Shown here one piece after another: positions 38,038 through 46,887 of a stretch of DNA of 64,000 bases. Location: the NCBI GenBank assembly GCA_016929135.1, contig JAFGJK010000055.1, forward strand, positions 22,275 through 86,274. The letters run 5' to 3'. Origin of the DNA: Spirochaetota bacterium. Lineage in GTDB: Bacteria; Spirochaetota; UBA4802; UBA5550. The notes under the pieces were generated by a model. The model did not search any database, was not told the DNA's origin, and was given only the letters and a program-made list of their open reading frames with translations. Both the position numbers and the translations under genes were made by a program. The stretch's first letter is position 1. Each line of letters begins with the position of its first letter.

Positions 38038-39231
38038 TCATGTCGAATACTCCGCGTTGATTTTCACATAGTCATATGAAAGATCCGTCGTGAGCATGGT
38101 GGCACCGGAATCTCCGAGCCCGATATCCACCGTGATGGTGAAGGCCTTCTTCTGGACGATCGGCATGATCGTTTCTTTGTCGAAGGGGACAGGAGTCCCT
38201 CTGTCCAGCAGCACCAGATCGTCGAAAAGAATGGTCAGCGACGATTCGTCGACTCTGGCGCCTGAGTATCCGGCGGCCACCGCTATTCTCCCCCAGTTCG
38301 GGTCATTGCCGAAGAGTGCCGTCTTGACAAGCAGCGATTCCGAAACCGATTTCGAAATTTTTTTCGCATCCTCATCATCCACTGCATGGATCACACGGAC
38401 CGTCACGACCTTTGTGGTTCCCTCGCCGTCGGATACCAGTTTTTCGGCGAGGTGCATCAGAAGTGCGGCGAGCGCCTCCTCGAAGGAGGAGATGTCTCCG
38501 GGCTCCTCCAGCGGCCTCCCGGAATCCGGCGACAGGATCAGGGCGGTGTCGTTCGTGGACATGTCCCCGTCGATGGTGATGGAATTGAGCGTTTTCCCGA
38601 CGGCATTCCTGAATGTCCTGTGGAGCGTCTCCCGGTCCACGCTCGCATCGGTGATGATGAAGCAGAGGAGGGTGGCCATGTCAGGCGCGATCATTCCGGA
38701 GCCCTTCGCCGTACCGGCAATACGGCGCTCGCCGAGAGATGTCTGAAAGGAGATGCATTCGAATTTCGGGACCGTGTCGGTCGTCATGATTGCGCGGGGT
38801 ATCAGGGCGCCTCCATGAGCGCTCAGACCCAGCACCAGCGGCCCATGGCCCGCAAGCATGGTGTCGGCAGGCAGCTGCCGCCCCACGATCCCGGTGGAGG
38901 CCATGAGGACCGATTCCTCGGGTATCCCGAGACGGACTGCGATGTCGCCGGTGAGGAGGATGGAGTTGCCGTATCCCTTATCGCCGGTACAGGCATTGGC
39001 GTTCGTGGAATTGATAAGGATCGCCTGCACGGGGCCGTTCACACGCTCCCTGCAGAGCCGCACCGGAGCGGCGCATATTGAATTGACGGTGAACATCCCT
39101 GCGGCATTGCAGGGGGTCTCGGAGTATATCAGGCAGTAGTCGAGACGGTCACTGTACCGTATCCCGCATTCGATGGCGGAGAAGAGAAAACCTGGCACAA
39201 GTTCGAGGCCACCGGACAGTATCTTCATCAT
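38038..39231 (-). CDS. argJ: Bifunctional ornithine acetyltransferase/N-acetylglutamate synthase ArgJ
   Basis: Autoprocessing-site region GMIAPDMATLLCFIITDA, the motif NANACTG, and a C-terminal NAEYST-type end typical of ArgJ. Confidence 0.9.
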   Translation of the reverse strand: MMKILSGGLELVPGFLFSAIECGIRYSDRLDYCLIYSETPCNAAGMFTVNSICAAPVRLCRERVNGPVQAILINSTNANACTGDKGYGNSILLTGDIAVRLGIPEESVLMASTGIVGRQLPADTMLAGHGPLVLGLSAHGGALIPRAIMTTDTVPKFECISFQTSLGERRIAGTAKGSGMIAPDMATLLCFIITDASVDRETLHRTFRNAVGKTLNSITIDGDMSTNDTALILSPDSGRPLEEPGDISSFEEALAALLMHLAEKLVSDGEGTTKVVTVRVIHAVDDEDAKKISKSVSESLLVKTALFGNDPNWGRIAVAAGYSGARVDESSLTILFDDLVLLDRGTPVPFDKETIMPIVQKKAFTITVDIGLGDSGATMLTTDLSYDYVKINAEYST

Positions 39232-39449
39232 TCACACTCCATTGCGTAGAATCGGTATCAGTGGAGATCTTCATTGGCCAGGAGGTCGCGCCGGCATCCG
39301 GCGGGAATCTCCGCCGGAGATCGCCGGTACAATTGCATCCCAGTAAGCGCTTACGATCAATAAATATTTAGTTGACGATACAATAAATTAATGCGACTGT
39401 ATTATGGATATACAGGAATCAGTTCGGTTGTCATCTCTGCTCGGACAAT

Positions 39450-39821
39450 ATGACGATGAATAAGCTTCTGAAGATAAAGATCGATGAGTTCGGGAAAACT
39501 GCCGTGATACGGCTATCCGGCGAGTTCTATCTGGGCAGCATCAGTGCCATGGAGGACCTCTGGGATCGCCTGATCGGCAAGGATCCGTCCGTAATCGGCA
39601 TCGACTGCCACGATCTGGATTTTATCGACTCATCGGCCATCGGCACTCTGGTCAAGTTCCTGCACGGGACCGAGCATAGGGGAATCACAATGACCCTCTT
39701 CGACCTGAATCCCCAGATCACACGACTCTTCGAAACCGCGAAATTGAACACCGTGTTCAGCATCATCGACCGCAGCGAGTTCATGAAACGGTATATCGAG
39801 GGTGGCACCGCATCGCGCTGA
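39450..39821 (+). CDS. STAS-domain anti-sigma-factor antagonist, copy C
   Basis: 123 aa with an FIDSSAIGTLV motif (conserved Ser retained). Divergent from argJ. Confidence 0.8.
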   Translation: MTMNKLLKIKIDEFGKTAVIRLSGEFYLGSISAMEDLWDRLIGKDPSVIGIDCHDLDFIDSSAIGTLVKFLHGTEHRGITMTLFDLNPQITRLFETAKLNTVFSIIDRSEFMKRYIEGGTASR

Positions 39822-39907
39822 TACGCCTGTTTTTTCCTGGAATTTACCGTCGGTTGTTAACTCCCTCTCTCCCTCTCCCGATATTCATAGTGTAGGTATT
39901 CAGAAGG

Positions 39908-40378
39908 ATGAAACGAGTAGGGATTCCAGCGGTGCTCCTGGCAATGGTTCTCTCGTCCTGTGTCCCCTATGGAAGCGTACGAAGGGACGGCTGGATGTTC
40001 GCGAGTTCCAGCAGAGCGGGGATCGTGAGAACGGCAAAACGGTACCTCGGCGTTCGCTATCGCTATGGCGGCGAGACCCCCCGCGGTTTCGACTGCTCCG
40101 GCTACGTGAAATACGTGTATCAGAGGAACAATGTGGCGATACCTCGCTCCACTAAAGAGCAGTTTGACGACGGACGGAGAATCCCCCTCTCAAGGGCCCG
40201 GCCGGCAGACCTGGTATTTTTCAATACTGGCGGGAGACGTATATCCCATGTGGGCATATATCTGGGCAAGCGGAGATTCATACACGCACCCAGCAGCGGG
40301 AAGAGGGTATCGATCGCCAGCATGGACAACCGATACTGGAAGCGCCGATTCGTCGGAGCGGTAACATTTTTCAAGTGA
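39908..40378 (+). CDS. NlpC/P60 (C40) family cell-wall peptidase lipoprotein
   Basis: Lipobox LSSC. Catalytic Cys motif GFDCSGYVKYVY. His motif ISHVGIYLGKRRFIHA. Confidence 0.85.
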   Translation: MKRVGIPAVLLAMVLSSCVPYGSVRRDGWMFASSSRAGIVRTAKRYLGVRYRYGGETPRGFDCSGYVKYVYQRNNVAIPRSTKEQFDDGRRIPLSRARPADLVFFNTGGRRISHVGIYLGKRRFIHAPSSGKRVSIASMDNRYWKRRFVGAVTFFK

Positions 40379-40460
40379 TGGACGCCATCGTCCGAAAGGC
40401 GTTGGATCTGCTCCTGTCAAGGAATAATTGGTCGATAACCAATTAAAGTAAATTAATTTC

Positions 40461-40490
40461 TTGACAGGATATTAATAATAGATGTAATTG
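40461..40490 (+). promoter_or_regulatory. Candidate sigma70-type promoter upstream of coaD
   Basis: TTGACA (40461-40466), 18-nt spacer, TAATTG (40485-40490) in an AT-rich gap. The -10 element is weak. Confidence 0.25.
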
Positions 40491-40513
40491 TTGCTGGATA
40501 TTTGTTGGATTAT

Positions 40514-40996
40514 ATGCGAATTGGAATATATCCGGGGTCCTTTGATCCCTTGACAAATGGTCACCTTGACATTATTGATAGGGCTCAACGGATTTGTGAT
40601 AAACTTATCATTGCAATAGCAAACAATATCTCAAAGAATCCCCTGTTCTCAGTTTCAGAGAGAGTGGAGATTATACAAAACTGTTGCGGAGCGAAAGAGA
40701 AGGTTACGGTGGTCGCGTTTGATGGTCTTCTCGCGGATTATTGCATAAAGAAAAAGGTATCGTTTATGGTTCGCGGGTTGCGTTCCACCACCGACTTTGA
40801 ATATGAGTACTCCATAGCGGCAGTGAACAGGGTGCTGGCAAGGGATATTGACACAGTCTTCTTCATGACCAGAGGGGAGTATTCACACATATCATCCAAT
40901 ATGGTCAAGGAGATTGCCGGTTACCATGGTGATGTTTCCGCCCTCGTTCCCCGATTCGTATTAAAAAAGATCCAACAAAAGTACCAGAAGAGATGA
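40514..40996 (+). CDS. coaD: Phosphopantetheine adenylyltransferase
   Basis: IGIYPGSFDPLTNGHLDII (nucleotidyltransferase T/HxGH motif) and the ISSNMVKEI motif. About 160 aa. Confidence 0.9.
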   Translation: MRIGIYPGSFDPLTNGHLDIIDRAQRICDKLIIAIANNISKNPLFSVSERVEIIQNCCGAKEKVTVVAFDGLLADYCIKKKVSFMVRGLRSTTDFEYEYSIAAVNRVLARDIDTVFFMTRGEYSHISSNMVKEIAGYHGDVSALVPRFVLKKIQQKYQKR

Positions 40997-41198
40997 ACCG
41001 CCGCCTCACGGCTGGTCCATCGTACTGCAGTGACGCATCAGCGGGTCCCACCGTTGTGTCGCCAGGGCGCGATGTGTCGTGCACCGGCATCTACAGGGAC
41101 TCAAACCGCATGGGTGATGCGCGCTGCGGCGTGATACAGGCAGTGTGTGCGCCGTTATCGAGGCGGTGCGTCCCTGTACTATGCGATATGGGAGGTAT

Positions 41199-42734
41199 AT
41201 GATGGTTCTGACAATAATCTTACTCTGCGCTCTTCCGGTGGTGGGCGTACTGGGGTTCGGCGTCCGTTCCTATCTGGGAAAGATCAAGCTGAACTCTGCG
41301 GAGGCGCGGTCTCATAGAATACTTCAGGATGCCATAAAGGAGGCGGAGAACAAACGAAAGGAGCTGCTGCTGGAAGCGAAAGACCAGATGCTGAAGGAGA
41401 AGAACATTCTGGAAAAGGAGATGCGCGACCGCAGGGGAGAGCTCCAGGGCATCGAGAAACGCCTGATTCAGAAGGAAGAGGGACTGGACAAACGACTGGA
41501 GCAGGTGGACAAGCAGGAAAAGATCCTGCAGATGAAGGAGCAGGAAACACAGGAGAAGGAGGAAGAGCTCCACAAGGAGTTCGAACGGCACAGAAAGGAG
41601 CTGGAGCGCATCTCCGGGATGAGTTCCGATGAAGCGAAGAACCTGCTGCTGAAAAACCTGGAGAACGAAGTGCGCTTCGAGGCGTCACGGCTCATCAACA
41701 AGATTGATGAAGAGACCAAGCGCACGGCCGAAAAGAAGGCGAAGGACATCATCATCGGCGCCATCCAGAGGAACGCCTCCGATTACACCTCGGAGAGCAC
41801 CATCACCACGGTTTCGCTCCCCTCCGATGAGATGAAGGGGAGGATAATCGGCCGTGAGGGGAGGAACATCCGCACCCTGGAAAACCTTGTCGGTGTGGAC
41901 ATGATCATCGATGACACGCCGGAGGTGGTGGTCATCTCAGGTTTCGACCCGGTGCGGAGGGAGATCGCCAGGCTGTCGCTGGAGCGGTTGATACAGAACG
42001 GCAGGATCCACCCCGCACGGATTGAGGAGGTCGTGGAGAAGGTCACGACTGAGCTGGAGGAGGCGATGCTGGAGGAGGGTGAAAAGGCGGCCTACGAGCT
42101 GGGCATCCCCGGCATCTCCAAGGAGGCGCTCTACAGCATCGGCAAGCTGAAATACCGAACCAGCTACGGGCAGAACGTGCTGAGCCACAGCATCGAGGTG
42201 GCAAACCTGGCGGCAGTGATGGCAGGCGAATTGAACCTGGACGTGCAGATGGCGAAGCGGGCCGGGCTCCTCCATGACATCGGCAAGGGGAGCATGGTGG
42301 AGGGTGAGGGTGCCCATGCCCTCGTGGGGGCCGACATGGCGAAAAAGTTCGGCGAGATGGAGAAGGTGATCAACGCCGTGGCATCGCATCACAACGACAA
42401 GGAGCCGGAGTCCTATGAGGCGGTACTGGTACAGGTGGCGGACGCCATATCCGCTTCAAGACCAGGGGCGCGCAAGGAATCCCTGGATACCTATCTGAAG
42501 AGGCTTGACAACCTGGAGAAGATCGCGCTCAGCTTTAAGGGTGTGGACAAGTGCTATGCAATCCAGGCAGGTCGCGAGCTGAGGGTGATCGTGAACAATG
42601 ACATAATCAGCGACGACAGGGCCGAGACAATGGCGAGAGAGATCGCCAACAAGATCGAGTCCGAGCTCAAGTATCCGGGAATCGTCAGGGTGACGCTGAT
42701 ACGGGAGACCAGGATCATCGATTATGCAAAATGA
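41199..42734 (+). CDS. rny: Ribonuclease Y
   Basis: N-terminal TM, long coiled coil, KH domain (RIIGREGRNIRTLE), HD domain (HSIEVANLAAVMA...LLHDIGK). GGGAGG lies 3-6 nt before the ATGATG at 41199/41202. Confidence 0.9.
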   Translation: MMVLTIILLCALPVVGVLGFGVRSYLGKIKLNSAEARSHRILQDAIKEAENKRKELLLEAKDQMLKEKNILEKEMRDRRGELQGIEKRLIQKEEGLDKRLEQVDKQEKILQMKEQETQEKEEELHKEFERHRKELERISGMSSDEAKNLLLKNLENEVRFEASRLINKIDEETKRTAEKKAKDIIIGAIQRNASDYTSESTITTVSLPSDEMKGRIIGREGRNIRTLENLVGVDMIIDDTPEVVVISGFDPVRREIARLSLERLIQNGRIHPARIEEVVEKVTTELEEAMLEEGEKAAYELGIPGISKEALYSIGKLKYRTSYGQNVLSHSIEVANLAAVMAGELNLDVQMAKRAGLLHDIGKGSMVEGEGAHALVGADMAKKFGEMEKVINAVASHHNDKEPESYEAVLVQVADAISASRPGARKESLDTYLKRLDNLEKIALSFKGVDKCYAIQAGRELRVIVNNDIISDDRAETMAREIANKIESELKYPGIVRVTLIRETRIIDYAK

Positions 42735-42773
42735 TGGTCGCACCGCCGTTCACGGCGCGGCGTCAGGTGAACG

Positions 42774-43553
42774 ATGAAGAGCAGCTTCAACATACTCGCC
42801 ATCGGCGATATCGTCGGGAGCCCCGGCAGGAACATACTCATCAGCAAGCTGCAGGGGCTCATCGACCGATTCAGGATAGATTTCGTCATCGCCAACGGCG
42901 AGAATTCAGCCGCAGGAATGTCGGTCACGGCGTCAACGGTGCGGGAAATACTGGCGGCCGGTGTGGACGTGGTCACCACGGGAAACCATATCTGGAATGA
43001 CAACGATATTCTTTCGATCATCGACAGCGAGCAGTCGCTGATCAGGCCCGCCAACTACCCGCCGGGCGTACCGGGGAAGGGGTATGTGGTGCGGCAGAAA
43101 AAGGGGATGAGCATCTGCATCATCAACCTCATCGGAAGGACCTTCATGACGCCCCTGGACTGTCCATTCAGAAAGTTCGACGAGATATACCGCGCCGCCG
43201 GCGAACAGTCCGACATCGTGGTGGTGGATCTGCACGCCGAATCGACATCGGAGAAGCGGGCCTTCGGATGGTACGTGGACGGGAGGGCCTCGGCAGTCTT
43301 CGGTACGCATACCCACGTCCAGACCGCCGACGAAACGGTATTGGAGCGAGGGACCGGATATATCACCGATGTGGGCATGACCGGATCCTTCGATTCCGTG
43401 ATAGGGATGCAGAAGGAACTGTCAATCGAGAGGTTTTTACGCCAGACGAAGGTGCGATTCAAGGTCGCCGACAGGGACTGCCGTGTCAATGGAATAATTT
43501 TCGAGATCGGCAAGAATGGCAGGACCGAATCGGTGAAGCGCATTGCGGTATGA
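42774..43553 (+). CDS. ymdB: YmdB-like metallophosphoesterase (2',3'-cyclic-nucleotide phosphodiesterase family)
   Basis: ILAIGDIVGSPGR, ANGENSAAG, DLHAESTSEK and GTHTHVQTADE motifs. The conserved rny-ymdB gene order is present. Confidence 0.85.
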   Translation: MKSSFNILAIGDIVGSPGRNILISKLQGLIDRFRIDFVIANGENSAAGMSVTASTVREILAAGVDVVTTGNHIWNDNDILSIIDSEQSLIRPANYPPGVPGKGYVVRQKKGMSICIINLIGRTFMTPLDCPFRKFDEIYRAAGEQSDIVVVDLHAESTSEKRAFGWYVDGRASAVFGTHTHVQTADETVLERGTGYITDVGMTGSFDSVIGMQKELSIERFLRQTKVRFKVADRDCRVNGIIFEIGKNGRTESVKRIAV

Positions 43554-43578
43554 GCCGGCACGGAGAGGCGGCAATTCG

Positions 43579-45468
43579 ATGATACTGGAAAGGATCGATT
43601 CTGTTGATGATCTGAAGGCGCTGGACATCGGGGAGCTTGAAGCGCTTTCACGCGAGGTGCGGGAGTATATCATCGACGTGATCTCCAGAAACGGTGGCCA
43701 CCTGGCCTCGTCTCTCGGCGTCGTTGAACTCACCGTGGCCCTCCACTACGTGTTCAACGCCCCGGCCGACACAATCATCTGGGATGTGGGACACCAGACC
43801 TATGCGCACAAGATCATCACCGGCAGGCGGGAGGCCTTCAAGAGGGTCCGCAAGCTGGGCGGCATCAGCGGTTTTCCGAAGGTGAACGAATCCCCCTTCG
43901 ATCCTTTCAACGTGGGGCACAGCAGCACGAGCCTCTCCCTGGCCCTCGGTACCGCGGTGGCCCGCGACATCAGGAATGAGGATTTCAAGGTCATCGCGGT
44001 GATCGGCGACGGCTCACTCACGGGAGGGATGGCCTTCGAGGCGCTCAACAATATCGGCCATACCGATACCGATCTTATCGTTATACTGAACGACAACGAG
44101 CATTCGATCTCCAAGAACGTCGGGGCACTGTCGAATTATCTCACCAGGATAATCACCGATCCCTATTACAACCGCTTGAGAAGCAAGACGATGCGCCTGG
44201 TGAAGCGGATACCGAAGATCGGCGGGGCACTCTACAATTTCATGTACCACTTCTTCGAGGGGTTCAAGGGGCTGCTCGTTCCCGGGAGGCTCTTCGACGA
44301 CATGGGGCTTCGCTATTTCGGCCCGGTGGACGGGCACAATCTTTCACTGCTCGTGGATGTCATGAACAAGGTGAAGCAGATAAATGCCGGTCCCAAGATC
44401 ATCCATGTGATCACCAGGAAGGGGAAGGGGTACCTTCCCGCGGAAAAGAACCCGTCGCTCTTCCACGGCGTCGGACCCTTCGACAGGGCCACCGGGATAC
44501 CGCTGAAGCGGGGTACCGGAATGTCGTACTCCTCCATCGCGGGGAAGACGGTGGCGCGGCTCGCGGCATCGGATGAATCGATCATGGCGATCACCGCGGC
44601 GATGAAGCTGGGGACTGGCCTCTACGAGTTTGAGGACCATTTCCCCGAGCGTTTTTTCGACGTCGGCATCGCCGAACAGCACGCCATCACCTTCGCCGCG
44701 GCTCTGGCCTCGCGGGGCCTCAAGCCCTTCGTGTCGGTCTATTCCACCTTTCTGCAGCGCGCGGTGGACCAGCTCATCCACGATGTGGCTATCATGAACC
44801 TGCCGGTGCGGATACTCATCGACCGGTCCGGAATCGTGGGTGACGACGGCGAGACACACCACGGCCTCTTCGATATCGCCATCATCAGGAACATCCCCAA
44901 CATGATATTCCTGGCCCCATCTGGGGGGGAGGAGCTGCGCGACATGATCGCCTTCGCGGCCGGTTATTCCGGCGGTCCGGTGGCGATACGGTTTCCCAGG
45001 GGTAACACCGGTGAGAAGACGATCGATCTCGAACGCTTCGGCCACTACCGGCCGGGCAGGATGCGCGTTGCCGCGCGAGGGGGGGATATCGCCATACTGG
45101 CGCTGGGAGACATGGTGGCGACGGGAATGAAGGTGCGCGAGCTTCTTAAGGGGAAGGGTGTCGATGCGGCGGTGGTCAATCTCCGCTCCATCAAGCCCCT
45201 GGACATGCCGGGAATCGAGAAGATGCTGATGGAGAGTGCCCATTTCATCACCCTGGAGAACGGTGTCGTAAGCGGCGGTATCGGTGAATTCATCGCCGCC
45301 TCCGTGAGGAACGACCTGAAGGGGCGCCTGCTCTTCCTCGGGGGATTCCCCGACCGCTTCATAACGCACGGCACCAACAGCGAGCTCCTGGCGCACTACG
45401 GGCTCGATCCCCGATCCCTCTGCAGCCGCATCCTGCGATCAATTAAGAACAAGAAAGCCGTATCATGA
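43579..45468 (+). CDS. dxs: 1-deoxy-D-xylulose-5-phosphate synthase
   Basis: GGHLASSLGVVELTVALHYVF, the thiamine-diphosphate motif GDGSLTGGMAFEALN, and FDVGIAEQHA. Start at ATG 43579 (MILERI) after GGAGAGG. Confidence 0.95.
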   Translation: MILERIDSVDDLKALDIGELEALSREVREYIIDVISRNGGHLASSLGVVELTVALHYVFNAPADTIIWDVGHQTYAHKIITGRREAFKRVRKLGGISGFPKVNESPFDPFNVGHSSTSLSLALGTAVARDIRNEDFKVIAVIGDGSLTGGMAFEALNNIGHTDTDLIVILNDNEHSISKNVGALSNYLTRIITDPYYNRLRSKTMRLVKRIPKIGGALYNFMYHFFEGFKGLLVPGRLFDDMGLRYFGPVDGHNLSLLVDVMNKVKQINAGPKIIHVITRKGKGYLPAEKNPSLFHGVGPFDRATGIPLKRGTGMSYSSIAGKTVARLAASDESIMAITAAMKLGTGLYEFEDHFPERFFDVGIAEQHAITFAAALASRGLKPFVSVYSTFLQRAVDQLIHDVAIMNLPVRILIDRSGIVGDDGETHHGLFDIAIIRNIPNMIFLAPSGGEELRDMIAFAAGYSGGPVAIRFPRGNTGEKTIDLERFGHYRPGRMRVAARGGDIAILALGDMVATGMKVRELLKGKGVDAAVVNLRSIKPLDMPGIEKMLMESAHFITLENGVVSGGIGEFIAASVRNDLKGRLLFLGGFPDRFITHGTNSELLAHYGLDPRSLCSRILRSIKNKKAVS

Positions 45469-45533
45469 CGCTCCCGGCAGTGCGGAAGCCCGAAGGGCGG
45501 CGATGCGGCCTTGGATTACCACGGTGAGAGCCT

Positions 45534-46400
45534 GTGAGCATGAAGAAACGATATCGTTTGGACTGCTTCCTCGCCGAGCGCGGGCTATCCCGTTCACGGG
45601 AGACGGCGAAACGGGAGATACTTTCGGGATGGGTGAGGGTTGACGACGAAACCGTCCGGGAGCCGTCGCACAGGATCTCGGGCGATGAATCGGTGTCGGT
45701 GGCGCGCCCGGGGGGTGAGTTTGTCAGCCGCGGTGGGGAGAAGCTCCTGCGGGCACTGGAAAGCTTCGGTATAAATCCCCGGGGCATGGTGGTGGCGGAT
45801 CTCGGCGCCTCCACCGGGGGCTTCACCCACTGCATGCTGAAGCACGGCGCGGCACGGGTATACGCCGTGGACGTGGGGTACGGTCAGCTCGATTACTCGC
45901 TCCGCGGCGATCCCCGTGTGGTGGTGATGGAGCGGCGGCATGTGAATTCCCTGACGCGGGATGATTTTCACGATCGGGTCGATTTCATCACCGCTGACCT
46001 CTCCTTCATATCTCTCCTCAGGGTCGTGGATCGGATCGCCTCGCTCTTCCCGGGGGTGCGGGGAGTGGTTCTCATAAAGCCGCAGTTCGAAGCGGGTGCG
46101 GGGGAGCAGAAAAAGGGCGTGGTGAGAAAGCGGGAGCACCATGCCGCCATACTGCACAGGGTCATCGGCGGGCTGCAGGAGAAGGGGATTGGCATTCTGG
46201 GGCTCGATTTCTCGCCGATCAAGGGACCACGTGGGAACATCGAATTTCTCGCGTACCTGCACTTCGGGAGGGGGGACGACGGGATGGCCGACTGGCGCGT
46301 CGTCGCGGACAGGATCGTCGAGGAGGCGCACCGTGCGCTGGACCGTACTGGGGATCCCGGCGATGAGAGCCGTTCTGAACCGGGGATTGTTGAGAAATAA
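45534..46400 (+). CDS. tlyA: TlyA-family rRNA (cytidine-2'-O)-methyltransferase (haemolysin A family)
   Basis: N-terminal S4 domain (RLDCFLAERGLSRSRETAK), the SRGGEKL motif, and SAM-binding DLGASTGGFT. Confidence 0.85.
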   Translation: MSMKKRYRLDCFLAERGLSRSRETAKREILSGWVRVDDETVREPSHRISGDESVSVARPGGEFVSRGGEKLLRALESFGINPRGMVVADLGASTGGFTHCMLKHGAARVYAVDVGYGQLDYSLRGDPRVVVMERRHVNSLTRDDFHDRVDFITADLSFISLLRVVDRIASLFPGVRGVVLIKPQFEAGAGEQKKGVVRKREHHAAILHRVIGGLQEKGIGILGLDFSPIKGPRGNIEFLAYLHFGRGDDGMADWRVVADRIVEEAHRALDRTGDPGDESRSEPGIVEK

Positions 46401-46512
46401 TAAAATTTTAGTTGCGCCGTGGCCGTTTGGTAAATATTTGTTGACCCTCACGCGCTATTCTGTTTAATAATTTTAGTATATTATCTGAAAGTGAACGGGA
46501 AGTGCCGGGATT

Positions 46513-46875
46513 ATGAAAAGAAAGATGCTCTTCGCGGCAGTTATCGTGCTATCCATATCCGCGGGGTTGCTTGCCTCAATAACCAGCGGTATCATCGCCT
46601 ATCCGGTCCCCTACAATCCGGATCGCGGGATTATGCAGATCGCCGACCAGAGCGGCACGCTAACCGGCGTTACCAAGGTGGAGGTGACGATCATGGACAT
46701 CAACGGGGACCAGGTGTTCAACAGAATCTATCCCGGGTTATCCGGCGTCGCATGGAACGGGAGGAACAGCAGCGGCAGCAAGGTACGGCCCGGTTTTTAT
46801 ATGGTGAAGGTGGAAGTGGAGGATGTGAGCGGATTCCGGGGGAGCAAGGTCATACGCATCCTGGTAAACTACTGA
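46513..46875 (+). CDS. Small secreted protein consisting only of a FlgD-Ig / T9SS C-terminal-sorting-domain-like beta-sandwich
   Basis: Signal peptide, then AYPVPYNPDRG...VEVTIMDINGDQVF...VAWNGRNSSGSKVRPGFYMVKVEV...KVIRILV. This follows the YPNPFNP...IyD..G..V...W.G.N..G..v.sG.Y pattern of that domain family. 120 aa in total. Confidence 0.55.
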   Translation: MKRKMLFAAVIVLSISAGLLASITSGIIAYPVPYNPDRGIMQIADQSGTLTGVTKVEVTIMDINGDQVFNRIYPGLSGVAWNGRNSSGSKVRPGFYMVKVEVEDVSGFRGSKVIRILVNY

Positions 46876-46887
46876 GCAGTTGCAGCT

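Noticed and set aside
41145-41198. An upstream in-frame start for rny (MCAVIEAVRPCTMRYGRY...).
   Set aside because: The strong GGGAGG Shine-Dalgarno lies at 41190-41195, directly before ATG 41199/41202. The TM anchor typical of RNase Y begins right there, and the extension has no support.
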